Source: Octopus vulgaris
Lineage: Eukaryota
Length of the DNA: 64,000 nt
Direction: 5' to 3'
NCBI GenBank assembly: GCA_951406725.2
Contig: OX597815.1
Coordinates: 142,414,001-142,478,000, forward strand
Shown: positions 39,262-51,705 of the stretch, one piece after another
Numbering within the stretch: the first letter of the stretch is position 1
Layout of the letters: each line of letters opens with the position of its first letter
The notes under the pieces: generated by a model
Databases searched by the model: none
Seen by the model: only the letters and a program-made list of their open reading frames with translations
What the model was told of the DNA's origin: nothing
Program-made: the position numbers and the translations under genes

Positions 39262-39547
39262 ACACACGCCAGCTTAATTTAATTCGTCCTTAGCCGAAAG
39301 ACACCTGTGGTTATGGGAACACCACTACTCTATTATCTCCCCTTCTTCCTAGCTCTCCTGTATGACAACTCTGTCCCGCTTTCGCCATGATAGATGGCTA
39401 GCCATTAAACATTTTTTTTTATTTTCTCACCCTATTAATTTCTGTGTTCCTTTCTGAGGAAGAGCGTACGCTCGAAACGGTAAAAGGCTTTTGCACTACG
39501 CGGGAGTTAAACTAATTTTTGTTTTTTTAAGTTCTCACTATATGCTT
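39262..39547 (+). mobile_element. PLE pseudo-LTR-like / non-autonomous repeat with hammerhead
   Basis: Begins after (TA)n, contains an intact hammerhead motif, and shares GAAGAGC....CTCGAAACG with 12313-12347. Confidence 0.55.
39449..39487 (+). ncRNA. Minimal type I hammerhead ribozyme motif
   Basis: Stem I CCTTT/AAAGG; core CTGAGGA plus an extra A; stem II GAGC-GTAC-GCTC; GAAA 39474-39477; tiny stem III AC-G-GT; GUA triplet ending at 39482. Confidence 0.7.
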
Positions 39548-39680
39548 TGTCTTTCATTCTTTCGAGGTCGATAAATAAGGTACCAGTTACGCACTGGAGT
39601 CGGTGTAATCAACTTAATCCCTTTATCTGTCTTTGTTTGTCCCCTCTGTGTTTAGCCCCTTGTGGGCAATAAAGAAAAAA
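39548..39680 (+). mobile_element. SINE family A, 3' half, with Tx1-type tail
   Basis: TTTCATTCTTTCGAGGTCGATAAATAAGGTACCAGTTACGCACTGG...CCCCTCTGTGTTTAGCCCCTTGTGGGCAATAAAGAAA. Confidence 0.85.
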
Positions 39681-39725
<45 letters not shown>

Positions 39726-39928
39726 CATATGTATGTACGTGTGTCTGTGTGCGAATAAGCGTGACGATAGAACAAAAACTGGGCTTAAGAAATAAGTCAT
39801 AGGGTTGATTTGATGGTCTAAAATCGTTCAGGACGGTTCTCCAGACAGGCTGCCATCGAGTGACTGAAACAAAAAAAAATAATAATAAAAGAAGAATAGA
39901 AGAATGTTTGGGTAGATGTATATATATA

Positions 39929-40160
39929 TTTCTTTACTGCCCACAAGGGGCTAAACATAGAGGGGACCTACAAGGACAGGCAAAGGGACTAAGTCGATTA
40001 CATCGACCCCAGTGCGTAACTGGTACTTTATTTATCGACCCTGAAAGGATGAAAGGCAAAGTCGACCTCGGCGGAATTTGAACTCAGAACGTAACGGCAG
40101 ACGAAATACGGCCACGTATTTCGCCCGGCGTGCTAACGTTTCTGCCAGCTCACCGCCTTC
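39929..40160 (-). mobile_element. SINE family A, full length, young subfamily with Tx1-type tail and 14-bp TSD
   Basis: Complete head, central domain and tail. TAGATGTATATATA occurs at 39913-39926 and 40161-40174. Confidence 0.92.
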
Positions 40161-40606
40161 TAGATGTATATATAGATATAGATATATTCGTTAAAGTTAC
40201 CCACCTGCGTGTATGTAGTTAGTCACCTTATTACAAGATATATTTAATAATAAAATAAAATAAAACTAGTTCACAAATCATTCACACTTTGGTCAATCCA
40301 TCATAATTTTGAAGGTCTACATTATCCTATATGTCTTTGAAAAGACATAATGTTCTGAGTAAGATGTTTCTTCTGTTCCTAGGCTGCCTGATGGCATTAT
40401 TGAGGGTCCACATGCTGAATGGTTTAGGTAGTCATAGAAGAAAAAATTATTTGCTGCAGTATATTCCCAATATTACTCTTGTATGTGCCGGTCCCTGTAG
40501 AATAATTTACATCTAATTGTCTCTATGACTTATCCAGATAGTGTATCAGATCAGTAATATATTTCAGAAAGCAATATAACACCTGATGAATTTATAATAC
40601 TTGCTA

Positions 40607-40623
40607 TAATAATGATGATGATG

Positions 40624-40693
<70 letters not shown>

Positions 40694-40769
40694 TAATAAT
40701 AATAATAATAATAATAATGGTAAGAATAATAATAATAATAATAATAATAATTAGTAATAATAATAATAA

Positions 40770-40800
<31 letters not shown>

Positions 40801-40962
40801 AAGAGAGAAATGAGAAGAAGAAGAAGAAGAAGAAGAAGAAGAGAAAGGAGAAGAAGAAGAAGAGAAAGAAGAAGAAGAAGAAGAAGAAGAAGAAGAAGAA
40901 GAAGAAGAAGAAGAAGAAGAAGAAGAAGAAGAAGAAGAAGAAAAACAACAACAAAAACAACA
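40607..40962. repeat. Compound (AAT)n-(AAG)n-(AAC)n microsatellite
   Basis: Directly visible. Confidence 0.95.
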
Positions 40963-41431
40963 GCAAGTAGATTACCAAAATAACGTTTTTTATGAATATG
41001 TGTGTTACATGCAATAAATACAATATGTATATATTCAACCACACCGCGAAAATAAATCCTATTGCGGAATCACAAACACTTCATAGGTTAGAAGTCAAAA
41101 ATGAACTGCGAGTTTTCTCTCCATTAAAAAATCGTCCATCATTGGCTACGACCTAGGGATTTGTAGCGAATCAGAAACGCTTTTTCTTGTCAAGTTCAGT
41201 TTTTTTCTTTTTATTTTTCACACAAAGTTCTGGAAGGGAAATTTTTCCACTGAGAAATTTGTCAAAGTGAAAAGATTTGTACGTTTGAGTTTACACGAAG
41301 GTGTTTAATAAATATGATCGCAAATTATTTTAAACAGAGCTGCTTGGTTTGATTTAATTTAATTTTATAATAGTTTTACTTCGGAAAGAACAATACCGCC
41401 TCCATTTTCGCAACTAATTATTACAAGTGAA

Positions 41432-41495
41432 TAGTCGCAGGTGTGGGTTTGTTGTAAGAAGCTTGCTTCCGAACCACATGGTTCCGAATTAATCC
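41432..41495 (+). mobile_element. SINE family B head, truncated
   Basis: GCAGGTGTGGG...GTAAGAAGCTTGCTTCCGAACCACATGGTTCCG matches the family B 5' end. Confidence 0.7.
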
Positions 41496-42400
41496 AGGTT
41501 TTGCGGTGCGTTTTCTTTGAATTTTATCGGGGAGGAAAGTGCTTTTTGTAGGGTTGGGAGAGATTGTGTCCTGTTGAAGAGTATGTGTGTTTGAGGTGTG
41601 GTTTGGGGAGGGTATTTATAGGGGGCAGTGGCAGTATGTGTTGTGGGCCTTTTACGAATGGTTTTCTGGATTTGTGGTTTACTATGAATTTTTTTCATAA
41701 CTAAGGAAGAAATTATAATTGTTTTCCCAGCGTTTAAGGGAAAATCGTTCTCCCTTTTCATATCCATAGTTTAATGACATGTTCGAGGGATTGTTCATGG
41801 GTGTGTGAGGTAGGTTCCAAAAGTATCTCATCGTCTATTTTTGTGTATTTTTGTTCGAGGTTTTGTTTTCTGAGTTTGAAAGTTCTACTTCAGTTTTCAT
41901 TCTCTCCAATGTTAGTTTTTCTCTTCGGGAACGTTGTTGTTCTGGTTCGTCTGGGTTGTGTTTAATTTGGAATTTATGGGGTAGTATGATGGAGGGAGAG
42001 TTTAACCATTTGTTGTAAATTTCAGCTTTGTTGTGGTTTTTAAGCATCTTCCAGAAGAGAAGTTTTCTGTTGTGTAGTTTCTTGGACCAGGTAGTGTTGA
42101 TCTAATGTGTTGTGCTGGAGTTTAAGTGTGTTGGGTGGTGTATGAGTTCTTTCGATGATAAGTTGGTAAGTAAAGTTTTCAGTGTAGCGCTAATTTCATT
42201 TAGGTTTTCGTTAATCTTAACCGAAAGTTGTTGATGAGGGTTGTTTTCTGAGGTATTCCGGGTTTCATGGAGAAGTTCGTCAATTTTGTTGGAAAGTGTA
42301 AGTAGGTGTAGTTTGAGTTCTTTTCGAATGGTCTTTTTGGTGACTTTCTCTGGAAGTGTGGTGTTGTTTTTAGGTGGCAATCTGTATCACACGTGTGGTA
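41495..42400 (-). pseudogene. Decayed ORF1-like coding region of an unclassified retroelement (possibly PLE)
   Basis: Consecutive same-frame ORFs 42102-42380 and 41835-42047 are separated by one stop (...WSKKLHNRKLFFWKMLKNHNKAEIYNKWLNSPSIILPHKFQIK...EPEQQRSRREKLTLERMKTEV). The coding strand is strongly A/C-rich. The family assignment is from memory only. Confidence 0.55.
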
Positions 42401-42410
42401 GAAGGTACAA

Positions 42411-43034
42411 GTCAGTAAATGGTTGGGTTGAGTTAACCGCACGTGGAGAAATGATAGGAAAGGAAAAAATAATAAGGGATAATGCTAAACTGAAAGCACA
42501 TTTTAATATAAATGGGTGTAAGTAAGATTAAAAATTGGAAATCAAACCGATTTCATTGCAAGGCAAATTTTCAAGATGAGGAAAGGGAAAAAATTTCATG
42601 ATGTGGAAGGGGAAAAATTTTATAACGAATTTTTTTCAAAAAAACAATAAATATATACAGAAATTAATAAATAAGTAGACAATGCATCGTAGTGCTTTTA
42701 AACTTTTAAAGTACAATATTATTCCATGGAAAAACTTCTTTGAAGTATTACGATGCATGTGTTTTAGTGTAGTGTTTTGTTCGAGAAGGTTAGATTTTTA
42801 TGAGTCAAAACATAAATATCCAACTTATATATACTTATTCATTAATTTTTTGTATATATTTATTATTTTCTTTTTAAAAACATTGCAATGAAAGCGAGTT
42901 TGGTCCCTTTTCTAATCTTTCTTACACCCATTTATATTAAAATTTGCTTTCAGTTTAGCATTCTGCCTTATCATTAATATTTTTCCTTTCCTATCATTTC
43001 TTTACGTGCGGTTAACACAACACACCTTTTACTG

Positions 43035-43036
<2 letters not shown>
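42411..43036. repeat. Long imperfect inverted repeat (foldback) directly upstream of the decayed ORF
   Basis: GTTAACCGCACGT..AGAAATGATAGGAAAGGAAAAA...GCTAAACTGAAAGCA...TAATATAAATGGGTGTAAG is mirrored at 42832-43036. An inner pair is ATGCATCGTA (42682) / TACGATGCAT (42749). Confidence 0.9.
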
Positions 43037-43103
<67 letters not shown>

Positions 43104-43228
43104 TATATTAAATTGGAGATAAAACCACTATTAGGCAAATCATACAATGAAAAACTTAAGCCAATACATAAGATTAATTAATTTATATTATTTTAAATAT
43201 ATATCAAAATTATTAAAAAAAGATAATT

Positions 43229-43292
<64 letters not shown>

Positions 43293-43360
43293 ATAGTTCA
43301 TACACTCATTGGTTGTCTTCGTTTGTAAGTCACAATAAGTAGATTAATTATGTATGATAA

Positions 43361-43570
43361 ATATTGATTTTCAACGTGTGGCAGAAGGCCACCAATTTCA
43401 GAGTAGGCAATAGGTCGAATACATGGACCCCCAGTACTTATTATATCTACTTCGAAAGAATGAAATGGAAAGCCCACCCGATGGCAATGGAACTGAGAAA
43501 GTAAATGCAGACAACATGCCTCTTGACATTTAGCCCGGAGTGTTGTCGTTTCTGCTAGCTGCCTGCCTTA
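43361..43570 (-). mobile_element. SINE family A, old degenerate copy
   Basis: GTCGAATACATGGACCCCCAGTACTTA...GAAAGAATGAAATGGAAAG...GAACTGAGAA...TTTCTGCTAGCTGCCTGCCTT. Confidence 0.7.
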
Positions 43571-44516
43571 TGCGTAATAAGGCCAGCAATTTTCGGGAAG
43601 GAGCTTACTCGATTACATTATTAAGTAATATTATCATAGTTGTATTCAAGAAATAAGGAAGGGAAATTATAAAATATTTAGTGTCAGCCATGAGAATTAT
43701 AGGAAATTCATTACATTCTCTAGAGTAAACGATTTGCTGTTTACTATTGGCAATAGAGATATGAAATGCGTTAACTGAAGTTTAACGAAATTGATGTATT
43801 TTCTATCATACGTTACGCAAAACTGAATTGTGCGTATCATATGACTTCAAAATATCATTATTTGTTTTGATTTCATTATTACAACAATGTATGTGTGTTT
43901 GCGCGTGCGAGTCTGTCTGTCTGTGTTTGTATATCTGTGTGTAGATGCACACGTACAAATAATTCAGTGAAGTTGGTTGAATCGAAGTTGATTAATTTCA
44001 TAGGTTTTATTTAACTGAAGCAAGAGAGTAAATATTTCAATTTTTTTTTCTATATAAACGCTCTCTGAAGTAAACAATTCTTTCATTACTACACAGAAGA
44101 AAAAGTAAGAAATACAATTAATTTCGTACATTTAACATGATTGACACTAATTTTCAATTCCAATTACATTTTCTTATTTTTGTTTAGCATAAATACAATG
44201 TACGGTTATTTGATATTGATTAATTGTAACTTCATAGTCGATGGTTGCATTCTGTATAGACTTGCGTTTGTTTGGCTATACATAAGTAAATGGAACTGCA
44301 CTCGAGAAAATCCAGTGCTTTTCGCCTTGAAGCCTGATACATATTCTATCGATGTCTTTGCCGTACCGCTAAGTTACGAGCGAGTAAATGCAACAATAAC
44401 AGTTGAGAAGCGGTGAAGTGGGGTAGATGCAAACACACACGCACACACACGCACACACACACACACACCACACACACATATACACACATACATACATACA
44501 TACATACATACATACG

Positions 44517-44552
<36 letters not shown>

Positions 44553-45121
44553 TATATATCAACCTCCCACTTCTGTTCTAACCTTTCTACTTACTCTTTT
44601 TCTCTCGCTCCCTATTGTATTCCTAGCCTTCTTCCTTCCTTTCTTTTTTCCATCCCTTTCTTTTTTGTCTCTGTTGCTCCCTCTCATTGCTGTCTTTCTC
44701 CTCTGCCTGCTGCTGTCACGTGATAGCGTCCTGTTCCCTCATTTCTTCCTAGTCTTACACTGGCCACGTATCTGACCAGTCGCAAATTCTCTGTCTGTCC
44801 GTTCTTTGTCCTTCAAAACAGTTTCTAAGCATTACCGACCATTCTCGTTTCCTTGGCCCCACGACCGTATTTTGTTTGAATGTTCGTCCTCGTCCACTGT
44901 CCTAAATCACACTCTGTGTCATTTTACTTCTTTCGTTTTGTTTGCTCTTGCCCCTAATTCTCCACAAGAAAACTTCTTATTGCGGTCAGTACCAACTGGG
45001 AAGCACTCAGTCTTATCGTTAAAGGTGCTGTACTGAATTTTACCAATTGGTCGATAACTGATGAAGAATTAGGGAACTTCTGTTTGTCTCCCCTCTGTTT
45101 TTACATTCAGAATACGTTATG

Positions 45122-45261
45122 TAAGATATCGCCATGCTAGAAATGACAGTTAAAGCCAGACTCCAAAACCACATCTAGTATTTATACCGCACGAGGTATG
45201 AATAATTGATGTGGTTTTGAAGTCAGGCTTTGACTGCCATTTGTAGCATGGTGGTATCTTA
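45122..45261. mobile_element. ~140-bp near-complete palindrome (MITE-like hairpin)
   Basis: TAAGATATCGCCATGCTAGAAATGACAGTTAAAGCCAGACTCCAAAACCACATC pairs with GATGTGGTTTTGAAGTCAGGCTTTGACTGCCATTTGTAGCATGGTGGTATCTTA; inner pair TATTTATACC/GGTATGAATA. Confidence 0.85.
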
Positions 45262-45924
45262 GATACCCTCAATTATAACTTTAATTAATAATTATTACCT
45301 ACAAGATTTTTCTTCCCATGCTGGACACTTAATAGGATCGTTATTTTAAATAATGTTCTTATCCATATTTATATATATATATATACGTATGTATGTATGC
45401 ATGTATGTATGTATATATGTATGTATGCACATATATATATATATATATATATACATACACATATACACGCGCACGCATGTGTTTGTGTGTATGTGCGTAG
45501 AATATTTCAGTGTATTCCATTGCCACGTCTTGTCACATATATATTTTACGTAAAAGCCTCGATTATCAAAACGCCACTGCGAGAATAGTTCAGTCATTGT
45601 GTACATTAGGAGAGAACACATATAGACCGACCGTTACGTTATATTTTGAGACGCGATGCAAAAAAGATCCCTACTTTAGCTTCCGATATATTACACAAAT
45701 CGTATTAACAAATTGTGATGTTTTTGGTAGGTTGTATGGTAATATTTTTTCCTGATGCTCAATAATTATCAGTTGATGTAATAGCATAATCACCGGCGTT
45801 TCTGAGCTACATCATAGTTGTGAGTGCTTTTCAATAGAAGCAAATAAATTGGCTTTTGCATACATGTTTAAAGTGTTGAGTGCAAATAATACCGAAATCC
45901 ATCCCTACACACGTAGACAGACAG

Positions 45925-45984
45925 ATAGATAGAGAGACCGATACATAGACAGAGACATATAGATAGACAGATAGATAGATAGAC

Positions 45985-46078
<94 letters not shown>
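45925..46078. repeat. (AGAT)n microsatellite
   Basis: Directly visible. Similar tracts lie at 53200-53420 and 56629-56755. Confidence 0.95.
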
Positions 46079-46079
<1 letters not shown>

Positions 46080-48048
46080 AACATATATAAATACGTACTC
46101 ACATACATGTATACAAGGATCAATTCAGAATGAAATATTTGTAAGGATATAAATGTAGTCGAATATCCATCTCGCCACCTCGGTTGATTCAGTGATACTT
46201 ATACACCTACATAGGCATGAATAGATATACCAAGTATCTACAGTGAAATCAACTAGTTGGTGACGTAGCATACAAAAGATATTTCACTCCCGTCTGGGAC
46301 AGTTCTGCTCTTTTATGTAAACACACACTGATAGGCACACACGTGACACCTCCGTGAAGACATTCGACCACATATATTTGACCTCAAGCACACATACACA
46401 CACACACGCGCACACACACAGTTACATCCATGCATTAGGTGCAGTATTTCATCTTTATCAATTCATACAAAATGGAATAATTTTGAGTAGGATAAAGATT
46501 ACCAGATGGTGTAAAGTATGACAAGAATCAAGAAATCGAAGGAAGAGTGACAGCACGAGGTATCGTGATCGGAAGCAAGTGGTGAGAGAGAAAAAACATA
46601 ATCAGAGTGAAATTTTCACCGCAAAATTGTGGGAGGAAATTTCAGGAAATAATATTCTTTCCCATTGGAGTATACTTGCATGATTTAGGAAATACATGAA
46701 GGGTTAACTATCTGGGTATATTTGTCTGAGCTCGTAAGGGAAAGAACTTTCAGACGACACATTTAGTTTTGGCTATCTGATCCGACAGTTTCTTAGGATA
46801 ATTTATTGCTCTAAGGTGCAGAGCTTGCATCTAGTGCTAACATTTGGGCACAGTTTCATATCTTAGCTTCAGCTTTGATAAAATGTACTATATCGCACAT
46901 ACGCGTTGAGTACTTCTTTCTCATTCTTTCAATAATAACTATAGTACATTTACATTTTCCCATTGTTATTAGTCCAAACAAGTTGAGGAATAGAAAAAAT
47001 GAATTTAGAAATGGACAGAGAATATATTAGCTCGAATTCGATTTTAAATGTACTTTAAAATATAGGAATTCACTTTAACGGCTTCACATTAGGCTTTCTT
47101 ATGTATATGAAGCTTTATTTTGAATCATGTACTTTCTGGCCGTATGTTTATATGCAATACGTGCAGAAGTCACCAACTTCTTTGACATGTTATGCGTCGC
47201 TTTGGGGCATGTGAATTTAGTTGTTCAATTATTTCCAAGCACACTCTGTAGATTAAGATGCGTCTGAGAATTCTACAGTCGTGTTTATCTGTCTCACAAT
47301 CCTCATGAAGAATCAGCGTGATGTCTTGAGTTTGTTTTTTATTTAATTAACAATAAAATTTACTCATAGAATTCTACAATTTTTTTTTTTGTTTGTTTGC
47401 TAAAGGTAAGTAACAACGCATGATGTAATCTGTTAATAAATTAAACACACTTATTCAAAATCACAGTGTTGGTTTCGAGCCACATGATTTAAAACTAGCG
47501 AGCAAAATTCTTATTCAACTACTTGGATAAATAGATAAATAGAAATATGTTAATATTTACAATGCCGAGAGAAAAACTATTCAACTTATGATGTCGTATT
47601 AATATAATTTTACTTTATTTTCACTAACCCAGCTGTCTCAGATTCAAACAGAGTTAGGATGTAAGCGAAGAAGATAGAGTATGTGTGTGCGCGTGCGTGT
47701 ATGTATGAGTGTGTGTGTGTGCGTTGGTGTGGGTGCATGTCTGCCTTAGTCGTATATGACCTTTGCATTATTTATAATTCTTTAGATGTATTAACACATT
47801 TGTATATACGTGATTATATTTGTATGCTTACTACAATTAAAATGCATTAGCACACAAGTTGGAATAAATATATGTGCACAGACACACGCTCTCACACACA
47901 CATATAAAGTCATACACATACACACACACACATACATATAGATATATATATATGTGTGTGTGTGTATCTGTGGGTGTACATATAAAGATACACACACACA
48001 TATATATATATATGTATATATACATACATATAATATATATATAATGTA

Positions 48049-48111
<63 letters not shown>

Positions 48112-48841
48112 ATGCGTGTGTATATTTGCATGTACCTGTATGGATATATATATATATATATATATATACATACTTACAAACATACATACATATATACATA
48201 CATACATACATGCATACATACATACATACATATTCATATATATATACATAATATATATGCGCATACAGATATATGTGCGCTCATCTGTATATATGTATGT
48301 GTATTAAACTGGTATATAATATATTTCGCTTCAAATATTGATTAATTTTTGAATAGGTTACTAATTACGTCTTTATAGAGAGACTGCAGCAGAGCTATAT
48401 ATTCCGTGATATGTTAGACAAAATTCTTAGGTCTATTTTCGTATAAATTTCACTTTAAACAGACTGGGGTCTTTGTCTTATTATGCTGTATAACCTTTCG
48501 TCTTCAGCAATATGACTCCATATTCAAGAATATGTGGGTTAAACTGTATCCTAATTTAAAGTAAACACGAATTTCTAATATAAAACAAGTTATTTTTATT
48601 AAATCTTGAATAAGTATTTGCTGTTTCCTACTAGATTAGGCATGCACATTTCGTTTCCTAAAGAGTGTTGAAATATTTTTAGAGCATACAATAGGATTTT
48701 CTCCGTTGGCTGTTTGAAATTATAACATAAACAACAACAACAATAATAATAATGATGATGATGATGATAATAATAATATTGATAATAATAATAATAATAA
48801 TAGTAATAATAATAATGATGATGATGATGATGATGATGATG

Positions 48842-48922
<81 letters not shown>

Positions 48923-48926
<4 letters not shown>

Positions 48927-49160
48927 CAAAATCTAAGATGCATCACCCAAAATCTGACATAGAAAGGCTATATATACAACGTATAGAAGGTGGTAGAGGC
49001 CTTATATAGCTGGAAAACTATTATAAAATAACCAACTTAGAACTGCAAAAATATCTACTTCAGAAGCAAGGAAAGCAGATACAAAACACGAGCAAAACAA
49101 AAAACCGTTCTCAGTATTTCAGGAAGCTGATAAATACAAATAAGAATTCATACTAACAAA

Positions 49161-49191
<31 letters not shown>

Positions 49192-50135
49192 AAGAAGAAG
49201 AAGAAGAAGAAGAAGAAGAAGAAGAAGAAGAAGAAGAAGAAGAAGAAGAAGAAGACACAACAAAAGCTATAAAACAAGTGGAATCCAAACTAAAACTGAA
49301 ACAGCAACGGACCATGATAAAACGATGTCAAGAAAAGCCTCTGCATGGCAAATACTGGACTAATCTAAATGCAAAAGAAATAGACAGAGAAAAATCAGAG
49401 ACGGATGGATTTTTAATTGCAGCACAAGATCAAATCCTCCCCACCAAAAATTTCCAAAAACATATAATGAAAAGAAACACAAGTAACTGCAGAATATGTC
49501 GAGATGGACAAGAAACAATAAATAATATTATCTCTGGATGCCCAGTCCTGGCTAAGAAGGAACATATTCACAGACACGACAGATTTGGGACTTACATACA
49601 CTGGAAGCTATGGAATAACAACAGAAAAAAGATGGTATAGGCACACACCAGAAACGGTCACAGAAAACGAGAAAGCAACCATACTCAGGGATATGCCAAT
49701 ACACACAAATAGAGAAATTAAGGCCAACAGGCCAGATATAGTTGTCAGAGATCATGAAGAAAAAAATGCTTTCTAATTGATGTATCGACACCAGAAGATG
49801 ACAACGTGTCTCTAATAGAAATGGAAAAACTTTCAAAATACAAAGACCTGGAAATAGAGCTAACTCGAATGTGGAATCTAAAAACAGAAACAATTCCATT
49901 AGGTATGAGGAAAAAAAATATTCAGGCAAATACATAACGAAAACATAAGGACATACACACACATATATATATATATATATAACATACAGTAGTGGGTACT
50001 GCACACTTCCTACGCAAAACACTTTCAGTACAGTAACCCTCAGGGCATCACAACAAATCACAGGAAATACCCAAGGTACACAGAGTTGCCCTCGGTAGTG
50101 AAGTGAAAGCACGCTATAAAAATAAAACTACTGAA

Positions 50136-50198
<63 letters not shown>
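48923..50198 (+). mobile_element. R4/Dong-type non-LTR retrotransposon, 5'-truncated (thumb, CCHC knuckle, restriction-like endonuclease, 3' UTR, (AAT)n tail)
   Basis: HHPKSDIERLYIQRIEGGRGL; KPLHGKY; ETDGFLIAAQDQ; CRIC...ETINNIISGC...RHD; ANRPDIVV...LIDVS...EKLSKYKDL. It is flanked by (AAT)n at 48740-48922 and 50136-50198. Confidence 0.92.
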
Positions 50199-50200
<2 letters not shown>

Positions 50201-50311
50201 AGCAATAAGAGAAGTGCAACTGTTATCGATTGAATAATACTTTGACACTTCGTGTGTCTTACACAATTTCAAAATATTTTACCATCGGGAGGAGTAACGT
50301 CAATCCTTAAA

Positions 50312-50745
50312 TATTATTATTATTTTTTTTATTTCCTTCTTTCTTCAAATTTTCTTCTAATTCCCTCCGAGTGTTTTCCGTACACCTAAGCCGGAGAAGC
50401 TCATTGTATTCATTCCCAGATTACACACGCAAATTCACAGGTAAAATATGTATTTAAAAAAAAATATTAATAAATGAATAAATTCATGAATGGATATTGT
50501 TTTCACAGCGATAATGCTCTTCTCAGTACAGATGTCGTTCTAGTTAACACGATTTTTTTTGCACTTCCTGTAGGGATTATAAGCCTGGTATCATGTTCAA
50601 ATAGGTTTGAGTACCATTGATTCTACAATCAATGGTAATGTAGTTGCCTTGAGATGCAACATTTTTTTTTTTTATTTCTATTAGCAAGTCTTTATATTTA
50701 CTGACCTTGTCAAATTCTTTCGCCGCTATATTGTGATCGCAAAAT
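50312..50745 (-). mobile_element. R4/Dong-type 3' end (third subfamily), tail-to-tail with the previous element
   Basis: Minus strand encodes DHNIAAKEFDKVSKYKDLLIEI...LKATTLPLIV...VLTRTTSVLRRALSL*. The 3' UTR ends in a short (AAT)n at ~50312-50325. Confidence 0.75.
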
Positions 50746-51534
50746 TTGACCCTCTCGGCACCCGCTTGGCCAATTCGCTAAACTTGTCTCTCAAAGCTTC
50801 GCTTGCTGTGAGGGAAGTATTTAACTTTCTATAACTGGAGCCCTGCCTACGAAGCTTAACTTAAATTCTCGTCTTATGAAGTGGCGTCTGTCTGTTGCGA
50901 TTTTGTTATGTCATGGAATGTAATTCGTTTATGTGATATAATCACATAAACCAATGTGATGTTACTATTTTCGTCTATGTGGTCCATCAGCATTCTATTC
51001 TTTGTGTTCATAGTGATGTATTTAGTAGTGTCTTATTCCTTTTCATGTTGGGGAAAGAACCCTGATTTTTTTGGTGTGTCCGTGCTAGGGACAATGTTAT
51101 CCGTGATAGTGATACCTGTTGTGGTGAAGGGGACGATAGTGCTGATAGTGATGGTGTAGTTGTTTTGGGAGACGATGGTGATGCGCTGTTGCTTGATCGT
51201 ACCTCGTCGATCTGTTCACATCTACCAGTTTTTGGGGTTGGCGTGATTTTGTTCGTTTTTTTTTCTGTTTCCTATTGTTACTGTTTGCCGTTTGGTATCC
51301 TCCCCGTTTCCATAAATATATGACATGATGTGCAGTTTGAGTCAGATTTAGGTATGTCTTGGAGAGGTTTGTGCTATTGTTTTGTTAATATTGTTGTTGT
51401 TGGGTTAGTTTCTGCTGCTGTTCTCGTTGCTGCTGTCTGTGGTGTAGTAGTCCTTCAGTTAAGTGTATTTCTCGTTTGAGTGGCTGCTGCTGTTGTTGTT
51501 TTTGTTGTCGTTGTGGTCGTTGCTATTGGTGTTG

Positions 51535-51535
51535 T

Positions 51536-51594
<59 letters not shown>

Positions 51595-51640
51595 GTGATG
51601 GTGATGGTGATGGTGATGATGATGATGGTGATGGTGATGG

Positions 51641-51686
<46 letters not shown>

Positions 51687-51705
51687 GATGAAGATGATGA
51701 TGGCG
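51535..51705. repeat. (GAT)n/(GGTGAT)n microsatellite within a GT-rich low-complexity tract
   Basis: Directly visible. Confidence 0.9.

Noticed and set aside
44562-45110. Pyrimidine-rich repeat-like segment with CTGATGAAG at ~45058, a possible PLE terminus or hammerhead
   Set aside because: No downstream GAAA or stem II/III, and no second copy in the window to define it.
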